Notes: generated by a model not told the origin, from the letters alone. 64,000 nt of DNA from Eledone cirrhosa (GCA_964016885.1 CAXHJY010000641.1:25398-89397); one strand, 5' to 3'; shown: positions 27,814 to 40,949, counted from the stretch's first letter. Translations and numbers: made by a program.

Positions 27814-28000
27814 CTGTTTCTACTTTTGGCACAAGGCCAGCAATTATCCAGTGTATTACTGGTACTTTATTTTATCGACCCCGTAAGGATGAAAGGCAAA
27901 GTTAACCTCGGCGGGATTTGAACTCAGAATGGCAAGGGCCGTAACTCTATGCCTCAAAGCATGGCGTTCGACCCTCTACCGATACTGCCAATCCACTACC
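27811..28000 (-). mobile_element. SINE family 1 (full length)
   Basis: Matches the 10400 copy. Confidence 0.9.
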
Positions 28001-28003
28001 CTT

Positions 28004-28067
<64 letters not shown>

Positions 28068-28129
28068 TATTTTTATTATGCTTTTATATTTAATTGCATT
28101 TGTACCGTTTCCTCTCACCCCCTTTTTTC

Positions 28130-28306
28130 TATATGTCTCTCCACCACTCCCCTACACACCCTTGGAACTCTTTTCCCACACACTTTTCACCTGAAGAAGG
28201 GCTTATGCCCGAAACGTCGTTCACCACCACCACCCGACTCTCAAGAGCGTGAAACTAATAAACCTTTGTTCGTACTGCCTCTCTGTTTTGTTCCCGTTCA
28301 ATTGTT

Positions 28307-28310
<4 letters not shown>
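28130..28310 (+). mobile_element. Penelope-type pLTR fragment, family E, with hammerhead core
   Basis: CTGAAGA-AGGGC-TTAT-GCCC-GAAA-C-GTC at 28191-28218, then AATAAA; homologues at 49835-50010 and 57385-57520. Confidence 0.8.
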
Positions 28311-28361
<51 letters not shown>

Positions 28362-28364
<3 letters not shown>

Positions 28365-28694
28365 TTAATATAGATGAGATTCTACAGGACTAGAACTGTT
28401 TCATTCATTAGAAATCATCAGAAATTAGAAATCATGATTTCAAATGAATGAAACAGTTCTAGTCCTGTAGAATCTCATCTATATTAAAACTGTTATACTC
28501 TGCTATGTATTGAGTACCTTACTTACTGTGGTTACCTCCGACTCAACCCGGAATAACGTATATATATATATATATATAACGAAGGCAGTGTGGTAAGGAA
28601 CCAGGTGGACCAAACTGCACCAGAGTACTCAATACTTAGAGTAGTAGAGTGGGTAATAGGAAAAGAGTCAGGACTCCGACGGGTCATACTTTTT

Positions 28695-28746
<52 letters not shown>

Positions 28747-28940
28747 TTTTAATATAGATGAGATTTTACAGGACTAGAACTGTTTCATTCTTCAGAAATC
28801 ATCAGGAATCTCTGGAATTTCTAAAGAATGAAACAGTTCTAGTCCTGTAGAATCTCATCTATATTAAAACTGTTATACTCTGCAATGTATTGAGTACCTT
28901 ACTTACTGTGGTTACCTCCGACTCAACCCGGAATAACGTA
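28362..28940 (+). mobile_element. Two family A elements (28362-28559, 28745-28939) flanking a family B-like fragment (28577-28698)
   Basis: Near-identical copies; minus-strand CTGATGA-TTTC-NNNN-GAAT-GAAA cores at ~28388-28421 and ~28772-28805. Confidence 0.8.
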
Positions 28941-29066
28941 TATATATATATATATATATATATATCTAGGGAGTGTAACGTGGAGTTACTGTAGGCTCAT
29001 CCAGGTGAGTACTCAATCTTTAGGTTCACTTCTGTGTCGAGGTGTAGAGCTGGACAGAGTGTAATA

Positions 29067-29243
29067 TAATTGTTTCTACTTTTGGCACAAGGCCAGCAAT
29101 TACCCAGTAACATTACTGGTACTTTATTTTATCGACCCCGTAAGGATGAAAGGCAAAGTTAATCTCGGCAGGATTTGAACTCAGAATGGCAAGGGCCGTA
29201 ACTCTATGCCTCAAAGCATGGCGTCCGACCCTCTACTGATACT
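29067..29243 (-). mobile_element. SINE family 1
   Basis: Tail through most of the head. Confidence 0.88.
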
Positions 29244-29311
29244 ATACAAGGACGATTTGTTAAGCCTTCATTACATTTACTAGCAGAAAAACCACCCCAT
29301 GGATGGTTTTT

Positions 29312-29866
29312 CTGCTAGCATGTGTAGTGTGTATATTGATATTATACGCAAGTATATATACATGTAGATATGATACATCAAATAAAATCGTAATTGATAA
29401 TATATAATATATAGAAATTGAACGAAGACTGTGTTACGCTCTCTTATTTAATCAGTAATCCACGATACATTTAAAAACAGACGATATTATATATCTGCTA
29501 GCATGTGTAGTGTGTATATTGATATTATACACAGGTATATATACATGTAGATATGATACATCACATAAAATCGTAATTGATAATATATAATACACAGAAA
29601 TTGAACGAAGACTGTGTTAAGCTGTCTTATTTAATCAGTAATCCATGATACATTTAAAAAAAGACGATATTATATATCTGCTAGCATGTGTAGTGTGTAT
29701 ATTGATATTATACACAAGTATATATACATGTAGATATGATACATCAAATAAAATCGTAATTGACAATATATAATATACACAGAAATTGAACGAAGACTGT
29801 GTTACACTGTCTTATGTAATCAGTAACGTAATCCATGATACATTAAAAAAGACGATATTATATATA
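29312..29866. repeat. ~183-bp tandem triplication, AT-rich
   Basis: CTGCTAGCATGTGTAGTGTG restarts at 29312, 29495 and 29678. Confidence 0.9.
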
Positions 29867-30041
29867 AACTGCATTAGGAGAAAATCAGTGACAGAAAATT
29901 AGTATGTTTATTTAAGCGATCGCCACCGGAAGTGTTGACATTTCAGAAATTTTAAAGAAGTGAATCTTTAAATAAGCTATAAAATATACTTAATCAACAG
30001 CCACGAAATTTAGTAGATAAATTATGTAATATTCATTCATT

Positions 30042-30135
30042 ACTTTGCTTTTCATCCTTACGGGGTCGATAAAATAAAGTACCAGTAATGTACTGGGTAA
30101 TTGCTGGCCTTATGCCTAAAGTAGAAACAATTATT
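30042..30135 (+). mobile_element. SINE family 1 3' fragment
   Basis: Central domain plus tail. Confidence 0.85.
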
Positions 30136-30231
30136 TATTGAAAGTAATCCAACTTATTTTACTAATGGGAGAAAAAACTATAAACCGTACGCAGTCCCAC
30201 GCTCCTTACTTTATTGTAGTTTCGATTGGTT

Positions 30232-30306
30232 GGTGACATGTGTTTAGCTATTGATCAGCTCAAGGTTCGATCTAGCCAGACTCTGAAATCAAAAGCTCGT
30301 CGGACC
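30232..30306 (-). ncRNA. Decayed hammerhead motif, family F (long stem II)
   Basis: Reverse complement GGT-CCGACGA-GCTTTTGATT...GATCAATAGC-TAAA-CACATG-TC-ACC; homologous to 36004. Confidence 0.55.
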
Positions 30307-30471
30307 CTGACCGACGTATGAGCATTAGACTTTGTTGTACACCATGTATATTCATTCTGTCATTACCACCAAATTTTACCTATCAAAGTTAGCTGGGTGC
30401 AAGTAATTAGAGTTGTAAAGTTCTACATACAGGTATTGAATTAAATAATTCTAACCATCCTAAAACTAAAA

Positions 30472-31258
30472 AGCTCAGCCGAGGGCACAAATAAGTTTCT
30501 AAGGCTGTCGCTGATGGGGTCCCGGGGATGTTACCCCCCCCCCTTTAATCCGGCCCTGTTTATAGTCACATAGGTTGAAGATGTGGATTATTATCAGGCA
30601 TAGTGCACCAAGGAATACATGATTTGGTGTGTCTAGCCCTTTTTTTAAAAAGGGAAAAGGGTAAGGTGTGATTTGATAGAGATTTGGCTGTTAATTCTAA
30701 CAGGTCTAGCTACCATGTAGAGGTCTCTTTCTCGTTGGCACTAAGAAGCTCAGCTGAGGGCACAAATAAGTTACTAAGGCTGTCGCTGATGGGGTCCCGG
30801 CCCTGTTTATAGTCACATAGGTTGAAGCTGTGGATTATTTCCAGGCATAGTGCACCAAGGAATACATGATTTGGTGTGTCTAGCCCTTTTTTTTTAAAAG
30901 GGTAAGGTGTGATTTGATAGAGATTTGGCTGTTAATTCTAACAGGTCTAGCTACCGTGTAGAGGTCTCTTTCTCATTGGCACTAAGAAGCTCAGCTGAGG
31001 GCACAAATAAGTTACTAAGGCTGTCGCTGATGGGGTCCCGGCCCTGTTTATAGTCACATAGGTTGAAGCTGTGGATTATTTCCAGGAATAGTGCACCAAG
31101 GAATACATGATTTGGTGTGTCTAGCCCTTTTTTTAAAAAGGGAAAAGGGTAAGGTGTTATTTGATAGAGATTTGGCTGTTAATTCTAACAGGTCTAGCTA
31201 CCGTGTAGAGGTCTCTTTCTCATTGGCACTAAGAAGCTCAGCTGAGGGCACAAATAAA
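30472..31258. repeat. ~245-270-bp tandem triplication
   Basis: AAGCTCAGC(C/T)GAGGGCACAAATAA recurs at about 30472, 30745, 30987 and 31233. Confidence 0.9.
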
Positions 31259-31684
31259 TTGTTAAGGCCTTCATTGTTGGACCCGCCACTGCATGGGGAA
31301 CCGGACCAACTGCTACCTTTGCCCTCTATCCCCCCCCCCCATTAATTCTGCCCCTGTTTGTGGTGGCGGCATTGTGGGTTGAGCCGACACCATTGAGGTC
31401 GGCCGTCGCTGGTGGGGTCCCTCCCCCCTCTGCAGGGGACCCGGGGCAAATTGCCCCTCTTTGTCTCCCCCCCCCCTCCCCCTTCATTAAATCCGGCCCT
31501 GGCTGCAATCATTGAGCCGCGCATGCCTCCCTCCCAAACAGGAAGTGTAGGGACCTCGTCACAAACCCTTGACACTTCCGTTTGGTGGTGGGAGGGAGAG
31601 GAGGGGGGGGGGGGAGTTGATGGACTACAAATGTTTGGGTTTTAGTATAACTCTCACTGAGACAGTACTGTGAGGGGTGGGGGG

Positions 31685-31736
31685 AGTGTGTGTATGAGAG
31701 GGAGAGTGTGTGTGTGTGAGAGAGAAAGAGAAAGAG

Positions 31737-31767
<31 letters not shown>

Positions 31768-32228
31768 CAGAGAGGGATTGTGTGTGTGTGTGTGTGTGTG
31801 TGTGAGAGGGGGGAGATTGTGTGGTAAGAGAGGGGTGGGGAGATTGTGTGGTGAGAGAGGGTGAGAGATTGTGTGTGTGTGTGTGAGAGAGGGAGATAGA
31901 TTATGTGAGAGAGAGAGAGAGGGGTTGTGTGTGAGAGAGAGGGAGAGATTGTGCGTGAGAGAGAGGGATTGTGTGTGTGTGAGAGAGAGAGAGACAGTGT
32001 GTGTGTGAGAGAGAGACACAGAGAGAGATTGTGTGTGTGAGAGAGAGAGGGGGGGTAGAGATTGTGTGAGAGAGAGAGGGAGAGAGAGAGAGGGATTGTG
32101 TGTGTGTGGGGGAGAGAGAGAGACAGTGTGTGTGAGAGAGAGAGAGAGAGAGGTTGTGTGTGAGAGAGAGGGATTGTGTGTGTGTGTGAGAGAGAGGGAT
32201 TGTGTGTGTGTGGGGGGAGAGAGAGACA

Positions 32229-32259
<31 letters not shown>

Positions 32260-32310
32260 GGAGGTTGTGTGTGAGAGAGAGGGATTGTGTGTGTGGGGGG
32301 GGGGGAGACA

Positions 32311-32344
<34 letters not shown>

Positions 32345-32392
32345 GGTTGTGTGTGAGAGAGAGGGATTGTGTGTGTGGGGGGGGGGGAGACA

Positions 32393-32431
<39 letters not shown>

Positions 32432-32451
32432 TGTGTGTGAGAGAGAGGGAT

Positions 32452-32482
<31 letters not shown>

Positions 32483-32602
32483 TTGTGTGTGAGAGAGAGG
32501 GATTGTGTGTGGGGGGGGGGAGACAGTGTGTGTGTGAGAGAGAGAGAGAGAGGGAGGTTGTGTGTGAGAGAGAGGGATTGTGTGTGGGGGGGGGGGGAGA
32601 CA

Positions 32603-32637
<35 letters not shown>

Positions 32638-32701
32638 GTTGTGTGTGAGAGAGAGAGATTGTGTGTGAGAGAGAGGGATTGTGTGTGGGGGGGGGGAGAC
32701 A

Positions 32702-32740
<39 letters not shown>

Positions 32741-32760
32741 TGTGTGTGAGAGAGAGGGAT

Positions 32761-32796
<36 letters not shown>

Positions 32797-33319
32797 GTTG
32801 TGTGTGAGAGAGAGGGATTGTGTGTGGGGGGGGGGGAGACAGTGTGTGTGTGAGAGAGAGAAAGAGAGGGAGAGAGAAAGTTTGTGATAAGAAAACCAGA
32901 CGGCGTTTATTGTCGTCTGCTAGGATGTTCAGATAATTATGTGTATATATGTGTGTGTATATATATGTGTGTATATATGTGTGTGTGTATATGTGTATAT
33001 ATATGTGTGTGTATGTATGTATATATATATATATACATATATATATAGGGGCGACTGTAGGGGACCAGAGAGAGAGAGAGAGAATGAGAGAGAGCGTCTG
33101 ACAGACATAGAGAGAATGAGAGAGAGCGTCTGACAGACATAGAGAGACAGAGAAAGAGAGTGAGTGTTAAAGAGCGACAGACAGAGAGAGAGAGAGAGAG
33201 AGAGAGACAGAGGGAGAGATAGTAAGAGAGAGACAGACAGAGTGAGAGAGAGAGAGAGAGAGTGAAAGCGAGCGACAGACAGTGAGTGAGCGAGAGAGAG
33301 AGAGACAGACAGAGGGAGA

Positions 33320-33365
<46 letters not shown>
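31685..33365. repeat. (GT)n/(GA)n compound microsatellite with higher-order units
   Basis: Direct reading. Confidence 0.92.
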
Positions 33366-33366
<1 letters not shown>

Positions 33367-33441
33367 GCTGTAACAGTGATGGAGAAACAGGGAAAACGGG
33401 ACACCATTTATTTTATAAACTACACAACATATATATATATA

Positions 33442-33513
<72 letters not shown>

Positions 33514-33515
<2 letters not shown>

Positions 33516-33812
33516 GGAACGAGTAGGACCCCGACGGCTGAGCTCAAGCCGTTATATATATATATAGGAACGAGTAGGACCCCGACGGCTGAGCTCAAGC
33601 CGTTATATATATATATAGGAACGAGTAGGACCCCGACGGCTGAGCTCAAGCCGTTTCGACGGCTAATTCTAGACTAAAATTTTAGTCCAGAATTAGACGG
33701 CTTGAGCTCAGCCGTCGGGGTCCTACTCGTTCCTATTACCCACTCTACTACCCTAAGTATTGAGTACTTTGGTGCGTTTTGGTCCACCTCGTTCCTTACC
33801 ACATTTCCTTCG

Positions 33813-33815
<3 letters not shown>
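33514..33815 (+). mobile_element. Family B element with triplicated head
   Basis: TAGGAACGAGTAGGACCCCGACGGCTGAGCTCAAGCCGTT plus (TA)n occurs three times at ~51-bp spacing. Confidence 0.85.
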
Positions 33816-33870
<55 letters not shown>

Positions 33871-34055
33871 CCTTTGTTTACGTGTCCCAACGACTTTTTT
33901 TAGCCGTTGTTCGCACCAACCTGAGGCATATGGCCCTTAAAGCGATGAAATGCCTGGGACGGTTGGAGGGTCACTGATGAAGGACTCACTTTTTCACATG
34001 CCCCACCATTTGCAACGGGCAGCCTATTATTTTCATATATATATATATATATTTC

Positions 34056-34159
<104 letters not shown>

Positions 34160-34192
34160 CGTACTCAGTTCTTGGCGGAAGCAGAGAGAGAA

Positions 34193-34232
<40 letters not shown>

Positions 34233-34314
34233 GAGAGGAGGGGAGATATACCTAAAACGCACCTAGTGACAACGACAAATTGAATAAATGAATGTGTATA
34301 TAAATATGTGTGTC

Positions 34315-34362
<48 letters not shown>

Positions 34363-34466
34363 ACAATAATTCAGTGTTTACAGATGTTTTTTATTAGGAA
34401 CCAGACTGACTTATGAATTTTGATGTGTGTATATGTGTAAATTTGTTTACTTACACATACACACGC

Positions 34467-34504
<38 letters not shown>

Positions 34505-34608
34505 GGGGAAGAGAGAGATACATCTATATACATGCATACGTATACACACACACATATATACTTACATACATTCGTATATATATATATATATTTACGTACA
34601 CCCGTGTG

Positions 34609-34649
<41 letters not shown>

Positions 34650-34719
34650 CATGCGTATACAATAAAATAAAATATCTGAATATTTTATACAATAAGGAGA
34701 AAGCACTCGACGTTGTACG

Positions 34720-34762
34720 TATCATCCAGGAATTCAGATATCTCGGGAATTTTACCCGCCTT

Positions 34763-34764
<2 letters not shown>
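34720..34764 (+). mobile_element. Extreme 3' tip of the RTE family seen at 12102
   Basis: ATCTCGGGAATTTACCCGCCTTAGA-(TA)n. Confidence 0.65.
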
Positions 34765-34801
<37 letters not shown>

Positions 34802-34838
34802 TGTGTGTGTGTGTGTGTGTATATCTTTTATCGCATCA

Positions 34839-34928
34839 CCAGTCTGAGGAGCAGATCGATACTGGAGTCGGGTCCATAACTTCTATGTGTCACCTTGAGC
34901 CAATCTTCTGCGGAATGCGCGTAACAGG
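34839..34928 (+). ncRNA. Hammerhead motif with one core substitution (family G)
   Basis: CCAGT-CTGAGGA-GCAGA...TCTGC-GGAA-TGCGCG-TA-ACAGG. Confidence 0.6.
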
Positions 34929-34979
34929 CCCATACGCAATAAATATTTTTCATATGAAACGAAACTTCCTCATTTTTTC

Positions 34980-35016
<37 letters not shown>

Positions 35017-35064
35017 TATAGATAGGTAAATATACACGGGTGTGTATGATTGTGTATAGAAGAT

Positions 35065-35350
35065 TATATTAATAAGAGGAATTCCAACTTCGTCTGATTT
35101 ACTCGTTTTATTTACAATCCTTTAAAATATATATAATGGTATTATAATGAAATAGTATGATAGAATATTATAATGAAATAGTATGATAGAATATTAAATT
35201 CTAAGTGTTAATTGACACTTAGAATTTAATATTCTATCATACTATTTCATTATAATATTCTATCATACTATTTCATTATAATACCATTATATATATTTTA
35301 AAGGATTGTAAATAAAACGAGTAAATCAGACGAAGTTGGAATTCCTCTTA

Positions 35351-35358
<8 letters not shown>
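35065..35358. repeat. 294-bp near-perfect spacerless palindrome (fold-back element)
   Basis: Arms complementary with axis at 35211/35212; one mismatch seen near the axis. Confidence 0.92.
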
Positions 35359-35434
<76 letters not shown>

Positions 35435-35910
35435 TAAATGTCCGTCTTACCTTTGTATTTGTAATGCATGAAAATTATTTTGAATTTATATTCTCAAGAC
35501 TGTTTTTCAAACTATCATATAATAGACATCACACCGCCCGGTCTGTCTTCTTATCTCCCATCTTACCAACACTTCAGCGTCCTTCTTTCTCAGTACGTTG
35601 GACAACAGTCCTTAATATTCTCTTGTCTTACTATTTCACACCTATCTATATATTTTTCTCCCTTAGCTAACCCCTCTCACACACAGTTCTCTCCCTTCTT
35701 TGGCAGTTGAGGGACTTGTGATGCTTTTTCTTCTATATTTGTGTCATTCACCTAAAGGTATAACTCGTCTCTACTTGTTTTGTCATGTCTCAATATACAC
35801 TGGAATGAGTCGTATCGACCTTAATGAAACCGAAACTGTCATAATTTCCAGAGGTTAGCTGAAGAAATGGGACTTTCTGTTCTTCCGTTATTTTTTCCTT
35901 TGTCTTTGTC

Positions 35911-35982
<72 letters not shown>

Positions 35983-35997
35983 TGTCAATACGATAAC

Positions 35998-36088
35998 AGA
36001 AGTCTGACGAGCTTTTTATTCCGGGGTCAAGTCAGATCGATACAGATCGAGCCTCGAGCTAATCAATAGCGAAACGCGCGTCACATCT
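35998..36088 (+). ncRNA. Type-I hammerhead ribozyme motif, family F, intact core
   Basis: AGAAGT-CTGACGA-GCT...AGC-GAAA-CGCGCG-TC-ACATCT; GUC cleavage triplet; palindromic stem III. Confidence 0.8.
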
Positions 36089-36177
36089 CATTAAATGTAA
36101 TGAAGATCTAATACATCGTCCTTATATATATATGATATATATGTGTGTATATATGTTTGTATATATATATACATGTC

Positions 36178-36780
36178 AGGTCACCAGTTGGTGCTACTGG
36201 TAACATGTATCCCAGTACAACCTGTCTCATGGTCGGGTCGTTGGCGACTAAACTGGCAACCCCACCAAGGTTTCTTGGTGAGGAGGGTGACTTTGGACAT
36301 CCTGCAGGACTAAAAACAAAACCTGTGAAAGGGCAAAGGAGCTCTTACGAGTTAATGGCCATCCAAAACCACCGGGAGAGATGACCCCTTAGCCTTTGTC
36401 AAGGCAGAATTCTAGGAGAAGGAAAACTCTGATATAACACCTGCAACCCTGATGGTATCCAATGATGTTGACTTGTTCTTCTTTTTGGTAAATATCATCT
36501 TGGTTAAGAGAGTGGGACTGGCTTTGTGCAGTGCCTTTGCTCACTATAAAAGCTTCACGGCACAGGCATTGCTTTATATCTGGAGATCTCTCTGCACTTG
36601 TCGTCACATGGTACCATGGGCCCAGCAGTATGTGTCAATAAATGTCACAAGTGTAGTGTTTGTACCAGAGTTTTCAAGTCGCTGGCTGGACTAAAAAGTC
36701 ACACTCGTTCAGCGCATCGGTAGGGGTTCTCCTACATGGATATAAAGTAGTGGCCGTACTCGAAAACGAGTTGGCAGCCA

Positions 36781-36782
<2 letters not shown>
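36178..36782 (+). mobile_element. ~600-bp non-coding interspersed element (family H)
   Basis: Colinear diverged homologue at 51848-52393, from the 5' end to CTCGAAA(A/T)CGAGTTG(G)CAGCC; both copies flanked by TA-rich tracts. Confidence 0.75.
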
Positions 36783-36842
<60 letters not shown>

Positions 36843-36932
36843 TAATTCAAGAAAGAAGAGTGACATGGTTGGCTTTACAATAAGGGTTTTATTCACTATG
36901 CTGGATTACCTATTACAATAAGTTGTTATCCC

Positions 36933-36999
<67 letters not shown>

Positions 37000-37174
37000 T
37001 ATTAAATTGTTAAACAATATTCGATGATTATGTCAAAGAATGAATTTTTACAGTAGATTGGAAGCACTCAACGGCAAATAAATTTTCAGGAGTTATTAAT
37101 ATAAGTATTAATAAAATAGATGTTCTTTTGATCAATTACATTTTATTATATATATATATATATATATATATATC

Positions 37175-37433
37175 TTTCTAAGGCGGGTAAAATTCCCGAG
37201 ATCCATGGACGAGTTCTCTCCAGCGGTCTCTGTCCCTCATTATCGCTGCCATGTCCTGCGTCTCCAACAGACCAGTGTCTGGCCTTAGGGCATCAACATA
37301 CGTTTACCTTGGTCTTCCTCTTCTAGTGTGTCCATGTAGGGGCTCCCAAAGGGGCACTGAATGCAGTGTCAACTCTGGATGTCGGTGAGCATGTCCAGCT
37401 AACCTCAGTCTCCTCTGTGTCACTTTTGAGCTG
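37175..37433 (-). mobile_element. RTE-clade LINE 3' fragment
   Basis: Reverse-complement homologue of 12225-12482. Confidence 0.85.
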
Positions 37434-37454
37434 ATATATCGTTATATATATATA

Positions 37455-37590
37455 TAAAACATAGGAAATGTGGTAAGGAACCAGGTGGACCATAACGCAC
37501 CAAAGTGCTCAATACTTAGGGTAGTAGAGTGGGTAATAGAATTAGCCGTCGAAACGGCTTGACCTCAGCCGTCGGGGTCCTACTCGTTCC
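37455..37590. mobile_element. Rearranged family B element
   Basis: Minus-strand tail joined to a plus-strand head segment. Confidence 0.75.
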
Positions 37591-37680
<90 letters not shown>

Positions 37681-37682
37681 CA

Positions 37683-37850
37683 TGAGAGCGTACCAAAGTT
37701 TTGGTACTCTTGAAATATATATAATAGAATAAATATGGTTTTATAAATATAGTTTCCATTTATTTAATATCATTGATATTATACTCCAGAAAACTGTCGA
37801 GTGCTTCGAATCAGTTATAAACATATATATTTGTTGAATTACCAACAAAT
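37683..37850 (+). mobile_element. Family D element, 5'-truncated inside the hammerhead
   Basis: GAG-C-GTACCAAA..TTTGGTAC-TCTT-GAAA-TATATA-TA, then ATATGGTTTTATAAATATAGTTTCCATT as at 43810. Confidence 0.65.
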
Positions 37851-37881
37851 TGAATATCCCTTTTGCTTATATATATATATA

Positions 37882-38150
37882 TACGTGGTCGGGTCAATAA
37901 TCTCTAATATTCGGTATGAAAAGAAAAAGCTAGAACATTCAAACGAATTTTATTTGAAAATACATTCAATACTAGTAAAGAAAACATTAATAAAGTTATT
38001 TTTCAATGTAGCTTCCATTGTTTACAACCATCTTTCGCCATCTTACCAGTAATTCTTCAAACGCCGCTTTGAAAAATAAATCGTCCAAAGAGTTCAAATA
38101 TTCATTAACAAAATTTTTGAGTTCCTCTCCAGTTGCAAAGTGTGTAGCAG
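37882..38150 (-). mobile_element. mariner transposon 3' relic
   Basis: FATGEELKNFVNEYLNSLDDLFFKAAFEELLVRWRKMVVNNGSYIEK* matches the mariner transposase C-terminus; terminus TA-CGTGGTCGGGTCAATAA. Confidence 0.82.
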
Positions 38151-38151
38151 T

Positions 38152-38373
38152 TATATTTAATGTGTTGGGATACAACAAGCAAATATTTTTATAACTGATA
38201 TAAAGCACTCAACAAATTTTTGGATTAAAAATACAATATATTAACAAATGGAAACTATATTTATAAAACCATATTTATTTCATTATACATATTTCAAGGC
38301 TTTGGTGTCCTTGAAATATGTATAATGAAATAATTATGGTTTTATAAATATAGTTTCCATTTGTTAATATATC
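38152..38373 (-). mobile_element. Family D element folded back inside hammerhead stem II
   Basis: Inverted repeat ~38237-38371 with axis ~38304 (TTTCAAGG..CCTTGAAA). Confidence 0.75.
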
Positions 38374-38435
<62 letters not shown>

Positions 38436-38438
<3 letters not shown>

Positions 38439-38572
38439 AACGAGTAGGACCCCGACGGCTGAGCTCAAGCCGTTTCGACGGCTAATTCTGGATTGAGTAC
38501 TTTGGTGCGTTATGGTCCATCTGGTTCCTTACCACATTTCCTTCGTTATATATTTATATATATATATATATG

Positions 38573-38606
<34 letters not shown>

Positions 38607-38750
38607 AATAACGAAGGAAATGTGGTAAGGAACCAGGTGGACCATAACGCACCAAAGTACTCAATACTTAGGGTAGTAGAGTGGGTAATAGGAACGAGTA
38701 GAACCCCGACGGCTGAGCTCAAGCCGTTTCGACGGCTAATTCTGGACTAA
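38436..38750. mobile_element. Two family B fragments
   Basis: 38436-38548 and 38609-38750. Confidence 0.8.
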
Positions 38751-38774
38751 TTATATATATATATACAGAGATGT

Positions 38775-38800
38775 AAAATGGCGGAGAGGGTGATTGGTGC
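38775..38800 (+). promoter_or_regulatory. YY1-type site next to an inverted CCAAT box
   Basis: AAAATGGCGG 38775-38784; GATTGGT 38792-38798. Confidence 0.35.
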
Positions 38801-38921
38801 TCTCAGCATCGTGGTCTCCCCCCACCTCTCCCCCTCTCTCTCACTCTCTCTCTCCCTCTCTCTCTCAGTAGTAAAAACGCAAAGAGTTTTTTAGACCTCA
38901 GCGCCGCTCTACTCCTTCCAA

Positions 38922-39822
38922 CCCCACCACCACCACCACCATCTCCACTGCCACCACTACTACCACCTTAACCCTGACCACAATCTCCACTAACACCACC
39001 ACCACCACTACTACCACCACTACTACCACTACCAAAACCCTGACCACAATCTCCACCAACACCACCACCACCACCACCACTACTACCAACACCAACACCA
39101 CCACCACCACCACCCCACCACCACCACCACCAAAACACACAACACAATCTCCACCACTACTACTACCACTACCACCACCACCACCACCACCACTACCAAA
39201 ACACCAACCACAATCTCCACCACCACCATAACCACCACCAACACCACCACCACTACTACCACCACTACCACCACCAACACCACCACCAAAACACACACCA
39301 CAATCACCACCACCACCACCGACGCCACAGCCATCACCAACACCACCACCACAACCACCACCAACACCACCACCAACACCAACACCACTACCACCACCAA
39401 CACCACCACCAAAACACACACCACAATCTCCACCACCACCACCACCACCACCACCACTACTACCACCACTACCACCACCAACACCACCACCAAAACACAC
39501 ACCACCATCTCCACCACCACCATCACCACCAACACCACCACGACCACCACTACCACCACCAACACCACCACCAAAACACACACCACAATCTCCACCACCA
39601 CCACCACCACTACTACCACCACTACCACCACCAACACCACCACCAAAACACACACCACAATCACCACCACCAACACCACCACCACCACCCCTACCACTAC
39701 CCCACCACCACCAACACCGCCACCACCACCAACACCACCACCAAAACACACACCACAATCACCACCAACACCGCCACCACTACTACCACCACCACCACCA
39801 CCACCACCACCGACGCCACAGC
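38922..39822. repeat. (ACC/ACT)n trinucleotide array with CCAAAACACACACCACAATC landmarks
   Basis: Direct reading. Confidence 0.93.
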
Positions 39823-40095
39823 CATCCTTCCATTAGTGGAGATGAAGTAGGGTTAAAGGAGAGGGGACAGGAGGGTGGGAGAGCTAATGTTGTGGTGCAG
39901 GGGGCAGGGGCAGGGGGAGCATAGGTTGTGGCGGGGGGAGGAGGACTTACAGCTGAAGGGACATGGGCAGATGTCCACAGCGTGACACTGTAACGACCGC
40001 TTCACACGCATGCGCACACGGACATGCGCGCAAGCAAACACACGCATACATACGTATATAAATATATATATATATACACACACATATATATATAT

Positions 40096-40180
<85 letters not shown>

Positions 40181-40219
40181 TATATATATACACACGCACA
40201 CACACATATATATATATAT

Positions 40220-40282
<63 letters not shown>

Positions 40283-40290
40283 CACACACG

Positions 40291-40323
<33 letters not shown>

Positions 40324-40891
40324 ATATATTTATATACATATATACACACATATGCATATATATATATATATATACACCCGTATATATATACTTACACACA
40401 TATATACATCCATATATATATATATATATTTATATACATACGTACATATGCATATATGTATACACATACATATATGTATACACATATATACACATATATG
40501 TATACACATACACATACACATATATATACACATACATATACATACATGCACACATAGAAGTGTGGCGTGTAGAAGCAGCACCCAGCCACCCCGCCACCCT
40601 ATAAGCAATCCCCTAATAAACAGATAGGGTGAAAAGGGGGTAGTTGTGGACTGCAGTGTGTAAGTTAGGGGGGTGGCGGGGTGTTGTGACTACCGAGAAC
40701 TGGGGGGAAAAAACTAGGTTTTTACTCCATACTTAGGTTGACAGGGAAAAACATGGTGGCCGAGTCATGTACCTCCCACCACCACGCTGCTTCTCTCTAT
40801 CTACCTCTCTATATATATCTCTGTCTCTCTCTATATATATATCCCTCTCTCTTACTCTCTCTCTCTCTCTCTCTCTCTACCCTGTCCCTTA

Positions 40892-40949
<58 letters not shown>

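Noticed and set aside
28966-29012. CAG|GTGAGT donor-like site
   Set aside because: Part of a TA-flanked mini-element carrying the TTGAGTAC motif on the other strand; no good acceptor.
33971-33995. CTGATGAAGGAC hammerhead-like start
   Set aside because: No matching stem II partner or GAAA downstream.
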